A stretch of 64,000 nucleotides of DNA from an uncultured Clostridia bacterium (GTDB taxonomy: Bacteria; Bacillota; Clostridia; TANB77; CAG-508): contig CANQTX010000005.1 in NCBI GenBank assembly GCA_947626885.1, positions 7,429 to 71,428 on the forward strand, read 5' to 3'. Positions 1-11,700 of the stretch are shown here, one piece after another; position 1 is the first letter of the stretch, and each line of letters begins with the position of its first letter. A program made the translations under genes and the position numbers. A model generated the notes under the pieces. It saw only the letters and a list, made by a program, of their open reading frames with translations. It had not been told where the DNA came from and made no database searches.

Positions 1-181
1 CATAAGCTGTTGTTCTATCGGATGATATTTTTACTTCTGAAATCTCTCCTGTCTCAATCTTATTAATTAATTCTGAATAGTTCATTTTCGTATCCGGATT
101 ATTAAAAGCAGCATTTAATAATACAATAAAAATAATTCCTAATATTAGCCAAGTTGCTAATGTTTTAATTCCACTTTTCAA
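1..181 (-). CDS. ftsH: ATP-dependent zinc metalloprotease FtsH, first ~60 codons only (gene runs off the left edge)
   Basis: The minus-strand frame is open from the window edge up to a TTG at 179-181. GGAGG (191-195) lies 9 nt upstream. Translation is LKSGIKTLATWLILGIIFIVLLNAAFNNPDTKMNYSELINKIETGEISEVKISSDRTTAY: one TM helix, then the typical opening of the FtsH periplasmic domain. A position downstream of tilS matches Firmicutes synteny. It is absent from the ORF track because the fragment is under 60 aa. Confidence 0.65.
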   Translation of the reverse strand, partial: MKSGIKTLATWLILGIIFIVLLNAAFNNPDTKMNYSELINKIETGEISEVKISSDRTTAY

Positions 182-213
182 GTTTTATTTCCTCCCTATT
201 TTTGTATGTCTCA

Positions 214-242
214 AATATAGCATACCATTTTTTCTTTTGCAA
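214..242 (-). promoter_or_regulatory. Putative sigma-A promoter for ftsH
   Basis: Sense strand reads TTGCAA (242-237), a 17-nt spacer, then TATATT (219-214). It lies about 30 nt upstream of the ftsH RBS. Confidence 0.4.
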
Positions 243-301
243 TAGCTTTTTTAAAAAGAAATATTGCTGTAATATAAGCTTTTTTTATCTACTACGGAAA
301 C

Positions 302-1366
302 TTATTTTACAGCGATTACATATATTTTTTTATTTTTTATTACAATTTTGGTTTTTTGATTTGGCATTAAAAATTTATTCCCTATACCTTTGTTACAAAG
401 TTTAATGATATCATCCATATGTATTTTTTCTATTCCTTTTGTCGTTCCAAATAACTTTTGAATAGCATAGAATATTATTTTTTTTTGCATAAGAACTTCT
501 TCTTCATTAAATTTTTTTAAATCCAATATAATGGTAGATACATTTTCTTTATTATATACATTTTCTTTGGATATATTCTCTTCCTTTTCTATGATATCAT
601 CTGTATTATGGTTATCTTTTCTTTCTTCTAAACATATTTTTTTATAAACTTTTGCTGTATGATTTTCCCAATAATTACTTTCTTCATAAGAAATTTCTGA
701 CAAACGATTTATTGTGTTAATTATATTAGGATTTAATTCTCTTTCAATATAAGGAATGACAATATTCCTAATTTTATTCCTTGTATATTGATTATCTGCA
801 TTAGATTCATCATATCGAGGATGCAATTCATTTTCATTACAATATGCCTCAATTTCTTCACGTTTTATATGAACTAATGGTCTAATATACCTTCCTGATT
901 TAGCTTCTATTCCTTTTAAACCCGTTATACCACACCCTCTTATCATATTCATAATAATTGTTTCCACACTGTCATTATTATTATGCGCAATAGCAATTTT
1001 ATTAGATTTGGTTTGATAAAGAATTTGATTGAAAAATTGATATCGTATCATTCTGCCTGTTTCTTCAATACCACACTTTTTTTGTTTTGCCAATTGTTTT
1101 ATATTAGTATGTAAAACAAAAGTTTTAACACCCATTTTTTCACAAAATTTTAAAACATAGGCTTCATCTTCTTTTGCATTTTCTCTAATACCATGATTCA
1201 CATGCGCTACCACTATATCAAAATCTATTATTTTACTTTCTCTTATCATTTGTAATATATGAAGCATAGCTATAGAGTCTGGTCCCCCCGAAACACCTAA
1301 TACTAGTTTATCTCCATTTTCAATTAATTGATATTGTTCAATTGTTTTCAGTACCTTTTCTTTCAT
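302..1366 (-). CDS. tilS: tRNA(Ile)-lysidine synthetase
   Basis: 354-aa ORF with the N-terminal PP-loop LVLGVSGGPDSIAMLH and the AHNNNDSVETIIMN block of the TilS family. It is shorter than the ~450-aa Bacillus-type TilS because it lacks the long C-terminal domain. Confidence 0.85.
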   Translation of the reverse strand: MKEKVLKTIEQYQLIENGDKLVLGVSGGPDSIAMLHILQMIRESKIIDFDIVVAHVNHGIRENAKEDEAYVLKFCEKMGVKTFVLHTNIKQLAKQKKCGIEETGRMIRYQFFNQILYQTKSNKIAIAHNNNDSVETIIMNMIRGCGITGLKGIEAKSGRYIRPLVHIKREEIEAYCNENELHPRYDESNADNQYTRNKIRNIVIPYIERELNPNIINTINRLSEISYEESNYWENHTAKVYKKICLEERKDNHNTDDIIEKEENISKENVYNKENVSTIILDLKKFNEEEVLMQKKIIFYAIQKLFGTTKGIEKIHMDDIIKLCNKGIGNKFLMPNQKTKIVIKNKKIYVIAVK

Positions 1367-1384
1367 TATTATTCTCCATTATTT

Positions 1385-1462
1385 AATTAGGTGTCCAATT
1401 AGGGACGTTAGTTTTTGGACATTTTTGTCCAAAAACTAACGTCCCTAATTGGACACCTAATT
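1385..1462. repeat. Perfect 36-bp inverted repeat with a 6-nt loop, overlapping the dnaB stop codon
   Basis: 1385-1420 (aattaggtgtccaattagggacgttagtttttggac) is the exact reverse complement of 1427-1462. The loop is attttt. The right arm ends in a tandem cctaattggaca x2 (1444-1467). Confidence 0.9.
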
Positions 1463-2794
1463 GGACATGTACCTCTTTTCTAAATTTGCAAATTTGGTAT
1501 AACTTGGAAGCCAAGCTAAGTCTACTGTACCTGTTGAACCACCTCTGTGTTTTGCTAAAATCACTTCCGCTATGTTTTTTTTATCACTATCCTCATGATA
1601 ATAATCATCTCTATATAAGAAAATAACTATATCCGCATCTTGCTCTATTGCACCTGATTCTCTTAAGTCTGATAACATTGGGCGCTTATCATCACGTTTT
1701 TCAACACTACGAGATAACTGTGATAAAGCAATTACCGGAATATCTAACTCCTTGGCAAGAATTTTTAAAGATCTACTAATCTCAGAAATTTCTTGCTCTC
1801 GACTCGTATTTCTTTTTCCACTGCCTTGTATTAATTGTAAATAATCAATAACAACTAAACCAATATCCTTTTCTAATTTTAACTTCCTACATTTAGCACG
1901 AATCTCCATTATGGAAATGCCAGCTGTATCATCTATATATATGGGAGCTTCCGAAAGTGTTCCTACCGTAGAAGCTAGTTTTATCCAATCTTCGTCTTCT
2001 ATTTGTCCTGTACGAATTTTATTGCTGTCTACCATTGCTTCACTGCATAAAATTCTATTTCCTACTTGCTCTTTAGACATTTCTAAGTTAAAAATAGCAA
2101 CACTTTTTTTACTTTGAATGGCTACATTAGTTGCTATGTTAATAGCAAAAGCAGATTTACCCATAGCAGGTCTCGCCGCTACAACAATTAAATCTGCATT
2201 ATGTAATCCTGAAGTTTTATAATCAAGATCTAAAAATCCTGTAGAAATTCCGCTAATACGTCCTTTTTGATTATATAATTCTTCTAGTTTAGCAAAAGAT
2301 TCTACTAATACTTCCTTTATGGGTGTATATCCTTTTGTGTTCTTCTTTTGTGCTAATTCAAATATTTTTCTCTCTGCCATATCCATAATATGATCTACTT
2401 CTTCTGTTTCATCATAGCCTAATGTCATCAATTCATTGGCTGAATGAATTAGATTTCTTAACATAGACTTTTCTTCTACAATTTTAATATATTTTTCAAC
2501 ATTAGCTGTTGTAGGAACTTTTTCAGGCAATCCTGCTAGATATTCTATTCCACCGATTCTTTCAAAATTTCCTGTTTCAACAAGTTCCGCTTTTACTGTG
2601 ATAATATCTATTGGTTCATTTTTAGCATATAAATTTAATATTGCTTCATAAATAGCTTTATTATCCTCCCTATAAAAAGCATCTTTTTTTAGCACTTCAA
2701 TACTACTAATAACAGCATCTTTATCTGTTAACATGCTACCTAAAATAGCTTGTTCCGCTTCTATATCATGTGGTGGTACTTTTCCCAAATCCAT
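1457..2794 (-). CDS. dnaB: Replicative DNA helicase (DnaB family; DnaC in B. subtilis nomenclature)
   Basis: 445-aa ORF. It has the N-terminal PPHDIEAEQAILGSML, the Walker A motif AARPAMGKSAFA, and the IDYLQLI and ALSQLSR motifs. It sits in the conserved gdpP-rplI-dnaB arrangement. Confidence 0.95.
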   Translation of the reverse strand: MDLGKVPPHDIEAEQAILGSMLTDKDAVISSIEVLKKDAFYREDNKAIYEAILNLYAKNEPIDIITVKAELVETGNFERIGGIEYLAGLPEKVPTTANVEKYIKIVEEKSMLRNLIHSANELMTLGYDETEEVDHIMDMAERKIFELAQKKNTKGYTPIKEVLVESFAKLEELYNQKGRISGISTGFLDLDYKTSGLHNADLIVVAARPAMGKSAFAINIATNVAIQSKKSVAIFNLEMSKEQVGNRILCSEAMVDSNKIRTGQIEDEDWIKLASTVGTLSEAPIYIDDTAGISIMEIRAKCRKLKLEKDIGLVVIDYLQLIQGSGKRNTSREQEISEISRSLKILAKELDIPVIALSQLSRSVEKRDDKRPMLSDLRESGAIEQDADIVIFLYRDDYYHEDSDKKNIAEVILAKHRGGSTGTVDLAWLPSYTKFANLEKRYMSN

Positions 2795-2862
2795 ATCTTA
2801 ATCCTTTCTCGTTTAGTATCCTTTCTTTTTATGATCATTCCTGATAATGTAATAACCGATTA

Positions 2863-3309
2863 CTATACAGGCATTACCATAACAGAAACTTTTGCCATGA
2901 CACCTTCATTTAGCTTAATATCCACCTTGGTAATACCTGCTACTTTAATGGATTCAGATAGTAATATTTTTTTCTTATCTACTTCTATTTTAAAATCTTT
3001 TTTTAATGCTTCTGCTATCTCTTTAGCTGTTACAGCTCCAAACAATCTACCATTATCGCCTGCTTTAACTTTTATTTTTACAGTAATCTCTTTTAACTTG
3101 TTAGCTATTTCTTTTGCCTCTTTTAAATTTTCATTTTTGCGATATTGTTCTGATGTATTTTTTGCTTTTAAATTATTCATATTACCAATATCTGCCGGTA
3201 CTGCCAAATTCTTAGGAAATAAATAATTTCTCGCATATCCATCAGCAGCATGAATGACCTGATCTTTTTTTCCTACACCTTTAATATCTTGCTTTAAAAT
3301 TACTTTCAT
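2863..3309 (-). CDS. rplI: 50S ribosomal protein L9
   Basis: 148 aa. MKVILKQDIKGVGKKDQV... is the canonical L9 N-domain. Position between gdpP and dnaB fits. Confidence 0.95.
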   Translation of the reverse strand: MKVILKQDIKGVGKKDQVIHAADGYARNYLFPKNLAVPADIGNMNNLKAKNTSEQYRKNENLKEAKEIANKLKEITVKIKVKAGDNGRLFGAVTAKEIAEALKKDFKIEVDKKKILLSESIKVAGITKVDIKLNEGVMAKVSVMVMPV

Positions 3310-3376
3310 AAACTTTCTCCTTTAAAGGCAGCAAATAGTTTAATATACCGCCTTTTGCTATCTTTATTTTGTAGAG

Positions 3377-3405
3377 ATTATATAAAATTTTTTTATAAAA
3401 ATCAA
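3377..3405 (-). promoter_or_regulatory. Putative sigma-A promoter for rplI-dnaB
   Basis: Sense strand reads TTGATT (3405-3400), a 17-nt spacer, then TATAAT (3382-3377). It lies about 65 nt upstream of the rplI start. Confidence 0.55.
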
Positions 3406-3519
3406 TACAGTATTTTATAAAATAAGCTTAATCGTATCCAAATATTATTCCTTCATCTTTTAGTATGAATAACATTTATCATAACATACTATTTTACCTA
3501 CGACTAAGCTTATGGCTTA

Positions 3520-5568
3520 CTATTCAACTTCTAACAAATATTCATTAATTCTTATAATTAATTCATTTCTAGCATCCTCTAGAGAAAATCCTTCTAACTG
3601 TGCTCCCGCTAAAGTAATATGACCGCCTCCGCCTAATTTCTCTAGAATGACTTGTACATTAATATCTCCTACAGAACGTCCACTGATATAAATTTTATCT
3701 TCCATTTTTGTCATAACAAAAGATGCTGAAATATCACTAATAGTTAATAATTCATCAGCTGCTTTTGCACATATTAAATTAGCATTTTGATCTTCTTCTT
3801 GTTGATATATAGCTAAAGCAATTGTATTGTGAATAATTTCTACATTTTTAACAATATTAGCAATCTTATTATAACTATCTAAATCTGCTTGAAACCATTT
3901 TTTGACTCGTATAATATCTACACCAAATTTTCTTAGATACGCTGCCGCTTCAAAAGTTCTAACACCGGTTTTAAAAGTAAAATCTTTTGTATCTACCATA
4001 ATACCACCGTATAAACTCTCTGCCTCTATTAAACTAAGTACAATTTCTTCACCCGCATATTGAATTAACTCTGTTACTAATTCTGCTGTTGAAGAAGCAT
4101 ATACTTCATGAAAAGATATCACTGTATTTTTTATACAATCTGGTGCTTTACGATGATGGTCAATAACTATTTTCTTTTCAATTTTATCTAACACATCTGG
4201 AAATTCTACATAAGAAGTTTTATGCGTATCTACAATAATTAATAAAGTATCTTCTACAATATTTTCTAAAGCTTCTTCTTCTGAAATAATAACCCCTTGG
4301 TACTCTTCCTGTAATTTTAAATCTTCTAAAAATTTTCCTAATATTTTTCCTTCCGGTTCTGATACAATATAACAATTTGTTCCCAATGTTTTTGAAAGTC
4401 TATATAGTCCTAAAGCTGATCCAAAAGCATCAATATCAATATTCTTATGTCCCATAATCATAACATTGCTAGATTCACGAATAACTCTAGCAATAGATGT
4501 TGCAACATTTCGCGCTTTTACTTTTGTTCTTTTTTCCACCTCTAATGTTTTTCCACCGTAAAACTTATATTTTCCTTCTTTTCTGATAACAGCTTGATCT
4601 CCACCACGTCCCAAAACAATCTCCATGGCTGCTAGAGCAGATTTATATCTTTCATAAAGACGCTTTCCTTCATTCGAAATAGCAATACTTAAAGTAATAG
4701 GGGTAGCAACTTCATTCTGACTTTCTTCAATGATTTTTACCTTATCTAAAATATTAAATTTTTCTTTTTCTATTTCTGCCAAATACTGTTGCTCAAAAAC
4801 AAATACAAAGCTATCACGCTCTGTTTTAATAATAAGTCCTCCCGTTTCTGTTACCCAATCAATAATTTCTTTTTCTATTTTTGCTAATAACTCTACTTTT
4901 CTCTCTGGTAAAGTTCTTTGAATAATATCATCATAATTGTCTATATTAATTACACCAATACAAGGAATTGATTGATTATATAAATCAAATAATTCATTAT
5001 ATTTTGTTTCATCAATAAAATATAATGTTAAAACATATTCTTTTTGTTTTCTTTTATCTCTTTTCTTGCTTTTTAAAACGCCTCCACGAATACGATATAC
5101 TTTTTTATCTATATTAAATTGTTTGGTAATTTCTATATTACTTACTATACCTTTTCCATTATCTTTTTCATTATTTTTCTCTAAATCTAGCTTAATCTCT
5201 TTTACAATGGGATTTAAGTAGGTTGCTATATCTAAATTTTGAAATTCTTGCACAAACTTTCTACTTCTCCAAATAATATTACCATCTGTTTCTACTAATG
5301 CCAATGGAATCGGAGAATTAATTAAATTTCCCTTTGTAGCAGAAGTTACATCTGAGGTAACCTCTTCTATATGATTCACAATTTCTGTTCTTCTTCTACT
5401 GCTCGACCATACCCCATAAGCAATAATTCCCATGTATAATAAGATAGAAGGTACAATCCACCTTAGATCATAAATACATAAGATAATAAATAATATTCCT
5501 ATTAAAATAATATAAATAAAGTTTTTATTTGTTAAATTCTTTACAATTTTACCATTTGAATTAGGCAT
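3520..5568 (-). CDS. gdpP: Membrane-anchored DHH/DHHA1 phosphodiesterase of the GdpP (YybT) type; probable cyclic-di-AMP phosphodiesterase
   Basis: 682 aa. Two N-terminal TM helices, a PAS/degenerate-GGDEF-like middle region, DHH motifs (MGHKNIDIDAFGS, VIDHHR) and DHHA1 (GGGGH). Synteny with rplI-dnaB. Confidence 0.85.
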   Translation of the reverse strand: MPNSNGKIVKNLTNKNFIYIILIGILFIILCIYDLRWIVPSILLYMGIIAYGVWSSSRRRTEIVNHIEEVTSDVTSATKGNLINSPIPLALVETDGNIIWRSRKFVQEFQNLDIATYLNPIVKEIKLDLEKNNEKDNGKGIVSNIEITKQFNIDKKVYRIRGGVLKSKKRDKRKQKEYVLTLYFIDETKYNELFDLYNQSIPCIGVINIDNYDDIIQRTLPERKVELLAKIEKEIIDWVTETGGLIIKTERDSFVFVFEQQYLAEIEKEKFNILDKVKIIEESQNEVATPITLSIAISNEGKRLYERYKSALAAMEIVLGRGGDQAVIRKEGKYKFYGGKTLEVEKRTKVKARNVATSIARVIRESSNVMIMGHKNIDIDAFGSALGLYRLSKTLGTNCYIVSEPEGKILGKFLEDLKLQEEYQGVIISEEEALENIVEDTLLIIVDTHKTSYVEFPDVLDKIEKKIVIDHHRKAPDCIKNTVISFHEVYASSTAELVTELIQYAGEEIVLSLIEAESLYGGIMVDTKDFTFKTGVRTFEAAAYLRKFGVDIIRVKKWFQADLDSYNKIANIVKNVEIIHNTIALAIYQQEEDQNANLICAKAADELLTISDISASFVMTKMEDKIYISGRSVGDINVQVILEKLGGGGHITLAGAQLEGFSLEDARNELIIRINEYLLEVE

Positions 5569-5601
5569 ACAAACTCCTATTTCTTAAAAATATACGTATA
5601 T

Positions 5602-5630
5602 AGTATACTACTTTTAAAAAAATCTGTCAA
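5602..5630 (-). promoter_or_regulatory. Putative sigma-A promoter for gdpP
   Basis: Sense strand reads TTGACA (5630-5625), a 17-nt spacer, then TATACT (5607-5602). It lies directly downstream of the terminator at 5636-5670. Confidence 0.55.
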
Positions 5631-5635
5631 CAAGT

Positions 5636-5670
5636 AAAAAGACTAGAGACATTGTTATCTCTAGTCTTTT
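5636..5670 (-). terminator. Rho-independent terminator ending adhesin cassette A
   Basis: gactagaga (5641-5649) pairs with tctctagtc (5658-5666) across an 8-nt loop. An A-run and a T-run flank it, so it could act in both directions. It lies 40 nt after the stop at 5710. Confidence 0.7.
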
Positions 5671-5709
5671 ATTTCTTAAGAAAGTTACTTTATCCTTAAG
5701 ATCACTTTA

Positions 5710-8700
5710 TTATTTATATATTTTTTTATGTGTTTTTATTTTGATACCAATAATAACACTTGCCATACCAATCGCAATTACTAAAACAATCTTCATAATC
5801 GTATCTTGATAATATCGCATCAACTCTAAACCAGTTGGAGGCACCAATTTAATTTGCTCTGTGAAATCTGTATCAATTTCTGATAAAATCTCTGAATTCA
5901 CTAATCCTATATTGGTCAATTTTCCATTGACACCAAATACGCTATTACCCATTGTTCCGATGTTTCTCGTATCGTCTTCTATAATAAGTCCTCTTCTACC
6001 TACCGTATTGGTAAATTTAACAATTTCTGCTATATTATTATAACTTAAATCGTCATTTCCATCTACCATTGGAGAAATTACTCTTGATACATTTAACGTG
6101 ATATGATAAGTATTCTCATTTTGATTTTGTATTTGTATTTCATTTCTACTTATGTTATCTCGTGTTCTATTTTTAGCTTCTGGTTGCATACCTAATGTAT
6201 CAGTGGTATCCAAAAATTTATACAATTCTCCATTAATTTGTTTATCTTCCACACTAACAGGTAAATTTGTCTTAGTATCTGTTATATATTGAACTTCTGT
6301 ATTGCCTTTCATTTCGAATAAATTTTGCTCAATAGAACCTACTTCTTCCATTTGTTGATATAAGTCTTCATTAGTAACAGCTGGGAAACCGAGTAATTGT
6401 TGTTTTGGATTGTGTATCACTTCTTCAGTATCTTCACTCTGTTCTGTATCATCTTCTTCAAAGTCTTCAGTAATACCAGCAATTTCTTTTTGAGTTAATC
6501 CTTTCCACTTCGCAGCACCAGAATCTGTCACATTAATAACTGGATTAAATACTAAACTATTATCCACAATATCTAGAACTTGATCTATTCTTGTTGTAAC
6601 ATCTCTATCTTTATTAGCTTCATATAAAATGATATTATTATCGCTTCCTTGTATTGTATATATAACACCATCATTTTCTGTGTCAGGATGATCATCCTCA
6701 TAATAATAATAGTAGTAATAAGAATTTTCATCTGGATTATCTACAACATGGTTATAACCATTATTACCTGTATAATACGTACTTCCTAAGAAATAACCAT
6801 AGAAATATTTATTAGAAATATCATTACCAGAAGTATCTTTTGCATGAGCAAGATAATCATTATTGTTCGTCTTATATATTTCATAATATTGCTGAATTGC
6901 TTCGTCTAAATTATGATACGTATAACTACTGCATAAGTTATTATTTGTATTCGTACCATCGCCATATCTATAATGTACTTTTGTTACTTTTCCTAACGGA
7001 GAAGTATTATTTAATACTTCTGCTAATTTGCCTTGTTCTACTAAAGATCTTAAGTTATTATTACTTGTATCTACTTCACTAATATTTACAACTGCCATTT
7101 GATATTCTATACGAATTGTTGTACCTTGCATAACATCTTCATCTAAATTGATATAACGAAATCCTTGGATATTTCCCTTATTATCTACTGATTGCACTCT
7201 TTCATAGCCAATAGAATTCTTTTCATTTAATTTAACAACACTAGATGCTTTAAGTGAATTTTGTATTATATTTTTTATATTAGCTTCTTCAAATGTTTTA
7301 TTACCTTCATTTTTATAATGGTAAGTAATATCATATAATAAATCCACTAATGTTTGATTATCAGACGTTATTATAGTAATACGTTTAATATCATTTAATA
7401 ATTGTAATTTTGTAATTGGTCTTTCTTCTATACCAAAGTTTACATTACTAATATGGTATCTTTCTGCATCAGCAATAAATGGAGTATTTCGTGTTTGGTC
7501 AATTAAATTTTTCAATAAATAACTATTTTCTAGCACTAACAAAGGATTAAATCTTACGCCCGCACTACCATCTTTAGATTGTGTATACTCTACTTCTATC
7601 TTAAATTCTTTTGTATCAGCATACATAGCAGTATTATTGACCAATTCTTTCATTTCATCTTCTGTTCCAATGCCTTTTAATATCTTATCAAATGGATTCG
7701 TAATTGTTTTTGAATATTCTACTGTTTCTAATCTTCTCAGCTCACTATCTTTGGCATACGATTTTTTATCTCCAGATCCTCCGAATCGATTATATTCACT
7801 AGCATCAATTAGATTTTCTTTCACATTATTCATGCTTCCTGTACTAATATCTGTGTAAGCCGTTGATTTATAATCTTGACCACTATAAGCAACTTTATAA
7901 ACTCCCTCTTCACCTGGTACAGATGTCATTTGATCACCATAGATAAATCTTACCACATAATTACCTGGCACAAATCCTTCTAATGTATAGTTACCTCTAT
8001 TGTTTGTTTTGGTTTCTATGCCTGTATCAACGATATATTCTTCACCAGCACTATCCATAACCACTTCCATAAGTTTAACCGTCATATTCTCAATACCGTC
8101 TTCTCTAATTTTTAATCCATCTCCCACAACTTGTCCTGAACTTCTCTCTTCTGTTCTTAAATCTTCCCAAACATTACCACTAATTTTTCTCATATATTTT
8201 CCATTAGGATCAGAACCGCCCGGAAAGTCTTCTGGATTGTCTGGATCATCTGGATTGTCTGGATTATTTTGGTCTCTTAAAATATTAATAATTAAACCAT
8301 TTGCTTGAATATCATCTTCAAACATACTTGATTGATAATACCATCCACTTATGTTATTCGCAACAGAATCGCAATCGACAAGACCTGGAGTTGCTAAGTC
8401 TTGTGCAAATCCATAACTATCTACTCCTGTATAATAGGTAGAATAAGTTGCAATTTCAGAATAATTATAAATATATGGTAAATCTTTTGGTAAATTTGCT
8501 TTTGTATAAATATATTTTTGCCCATTTTTATTCAATGAATATGTTAAGTAAATATCAATACTTTCCCCTTTATCTAGCTTTTCAGAATGATTTAGATATA
8601 CGGATTGGGCTCTAATATTAACATAACTTTCTCCTGCATGTTTTACTTCTCCATTAATATCACAATCTGCCTCTAAAGTTCTAGTCCTAGATGAATTATT

Positions 8701-11700
8701 ATTCAAAAATCTTGGATTTCCCACTTCTATTAATCCTTCTCTTTGCGTTCCGTCACTTTCTTTAAATGTATATTTTCCTGATTTATAGGTTGTAAAGTTA
8801 GAATAGAAATTGACAATCTCATTTATCTGACATGCCATGTATGGCTCATCTGACATACTTGGGTCAACATATTGATCTTGATAATACATCGAATTATTCG
8901 TTACTGTTATTTTATAGGTAATATCTACATTTAAATTATTGTTATCTCCTCCTTTGAAATCTGCTATGCCATCACTATACTTCTCTGTACGATATTGATA
9001 ATCTGCATTATAAACTGCAAATTGGTAATAACTAATATAGCCATCGGAAGTAGAATTTGCTACATCATAGTCATATACAGCTGTCTTTCCATTAATAGAA
9101 GTTTCTATCTTATTTAACGTCTGCTCTAATTCCAAGTCTAATTTTGCTCTTTCTCTTAGTCCTAAATTAATATATTTCAAATATTCTGTATCTGCGTAAC
9201 TATTAAAGAAGTAATAATCACTACCACCTACATATAAGAATAAATTCTTAGATCCTTGATTAGCTGCATATTTATCATCATTAATAAAGCTTCTTGCTCT
9301 TATATATAAATTTGGATTGACATCAACATCTGCTATAGTACTTGCATGATTTTCATATGCATTATATTTAATTTGTCCTGTTTGATTTGCTTTTGTACCA
9401 TTGTAGGCATATGTTGTTACAGTTTGTGGATAAAGGTCTCCATTCGCATCTGATATAATACCTAATTTCTCATTAAATTCTTTTCTCGTCTGTTTAAATT
9501 CGGCTGCATGCGATAAATTTTCGTAATTACTATTTTCAACAATACCTTCTTGTGCCGTTCCCGTTGTTCCAGAATATACTGTACTAGCATATTTATGTCC
9601 ATTATATTCAAATTCGATATAGTAATCAATATATCGACTATTAGCACTATATCTACCATTACCATCTTTATTGGTTGCCCTTTGTACATCTTGGAATTGA
9701 TAGAAACCATTTGCATCTGTTATGGTACTAGCAACAACTTCTGTATTATCTCCAGAGCCTTTCTTTAAGTAGACATTAATGCCTCCCAATCCTGATTCTC
9801 CTGCTTTAATACCATCTACATTGTTATCTACCCAAACATTTCCTGCTACTAGTAGTTCTTTTAATTGTGCATAATCTTCATCTTGATTATTGTTTTTATT
9901 TAAATCATATTTCATTAAGTTATATAATATACCATTTTCACCTACTAAAGAGTTGCTACTCCAAGTATATTGATTATTGGTATTATGTACACCATCACCA
10001 TTTCCATTTTCAAATTTGGTCAATTCGCCTTTCCATTTCAACATATATAGAAACATATTGGTTTTTTCTATACGATAGCGAATAACAATATCTGCTGAAC
10101 CTCCAGGCGCCAGTTTTTCTGTACATTTATATCGATTATTCTGAACAAACTCTCCTTTTATCACTCGATCGAATTGAATACCTGAATCAACACCATTTGG
10201 CATCATACTGCTCGGGACATTATTTCCCTGAATACATACCCCATCTTTTAAATCTATCACCACATTGGTAACCATATTATATTGAGAATTATTTTTAATT
10301 CTATAGGTAACTTCTACATAATCACCATTTTCCAGGTTACTAACAGGACTTTGTTTTTTATTATCCATACTCATGCTAGCTCTATTATATTCTGCTTTTG
10401 TAACACCTTGACTATTTAATGTTTTACTAATAAATACTTGTAATCCTACTTCATAACCACTAACATAAACCTTCTGTCTTGACATTCCTCCTGTGTCACA
10501 CTTAAAAAGTATATATTTTGTTTTAGTTTCACAGCCTTCATCTTTGCCACCACATGCATGGTCTTTATAAGAAAAACATTCTATTTTACAACTAGTTAAT
10601 GATGCCACATTTTGTATGTAATAACCTGCTCTATCTTTAGGCGGTTCTGAAATAACCTGCATTTCTACATTGAATGTCACCTCACCAGTTCCTAAGTTTC
10701 CTCCTCCCGACGAAATTCCTGCTGAAAACTCAAATCTTCCATCTTTTAATCGATATCCTAATCCTGGACTAGTATCAACAATCGATAGATAATTGGTATC
10801 AAAATAATCTTCAAAACTGATGTAGGTAATACTATTTTCACAAGTTTGCTCTTTTTTTTCATATTGTGGATGTCCTTTTCCTCCGGGACCATGTCCTGTA
10901 TAATTAGTAATAGTTTCTTTATGTGACTTATGGTTTGTTTTTATATTAAACTGATAAACAATAATATCTCCTACTTCTACAACAGGAGTACCATTGGTTG
11001 TATACCTCATACTTGTAACTGTACCATCGGCTTTCTTGACACTTTGCACTGTTTTGGTTAGTAAAGAATCACCACCATCTATCACAAGATAGTCATGTGC
11101 AGTTTGATATACATTACATTTTTTGCCTTGCACTTCTACTTGACTCAATGAATAGGTATTGGCAAGAATACCTTTCTTGGTAATATCTGTAAGACTTGTT
11201 GAACACCATACATATATATAAGTTCGCGTTTCTCCTACTCGAATCACTTGATTATCTGAACTTGAAATAACTTCCTTTTTACCATAGGATTCTAGTTGAT
11301 CATAATCATAAGTTACAGTAAAATCCTTACTACCTTTATTAGTTACTTCTATGGCAAACACAACTACTGGATAATATGTACACCTATCATCAACAACATC
11401 ACAAATGTTTGTAATATTTACTGGATCATATATCTTATCGTTATCACTGTATGTTGCTCTTTCAAATCTACTTCTATTTTCTAAAACCTCTTGTGCATAT
11501 ACAGAAGATATTTGAGAAATGTATTCCGTATAGCTTGACCATTCTCCCGGATCAAAGAATTGACTTTTCAAATCATCACTTAACACAGAGCCACCATCTT
11601 TTGTATATTCTTTAGATACTTCAAAATTTCTATACCCTTTAAATAGAGAAAGTTCTCCAGTAGCAATAACAAATTTATTAACAGAAACATTTACTGGTTG

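Noticed and set aside
2750-3226. Plus-strand ORFs from the six-frame track that lie inside minus-strand genes. Examples: 1911-2117, 2750-3226, 4730-4921, 8000-8308, 17392-17751, 17879-18169, 20726-21070, 23905-24201, 24269-24517, 32812-33426, 33492-33716, 34341-34631, 47949-48212, 55447-55860, 60421-60738.
   Set aside because: Each is antisense to a long ORF with clear family signatures. They have no RBS, and their low-complexity composition (Leu/Ile/Phe/Ser-rich) is typical of shadow frames in AT-rich DNA.
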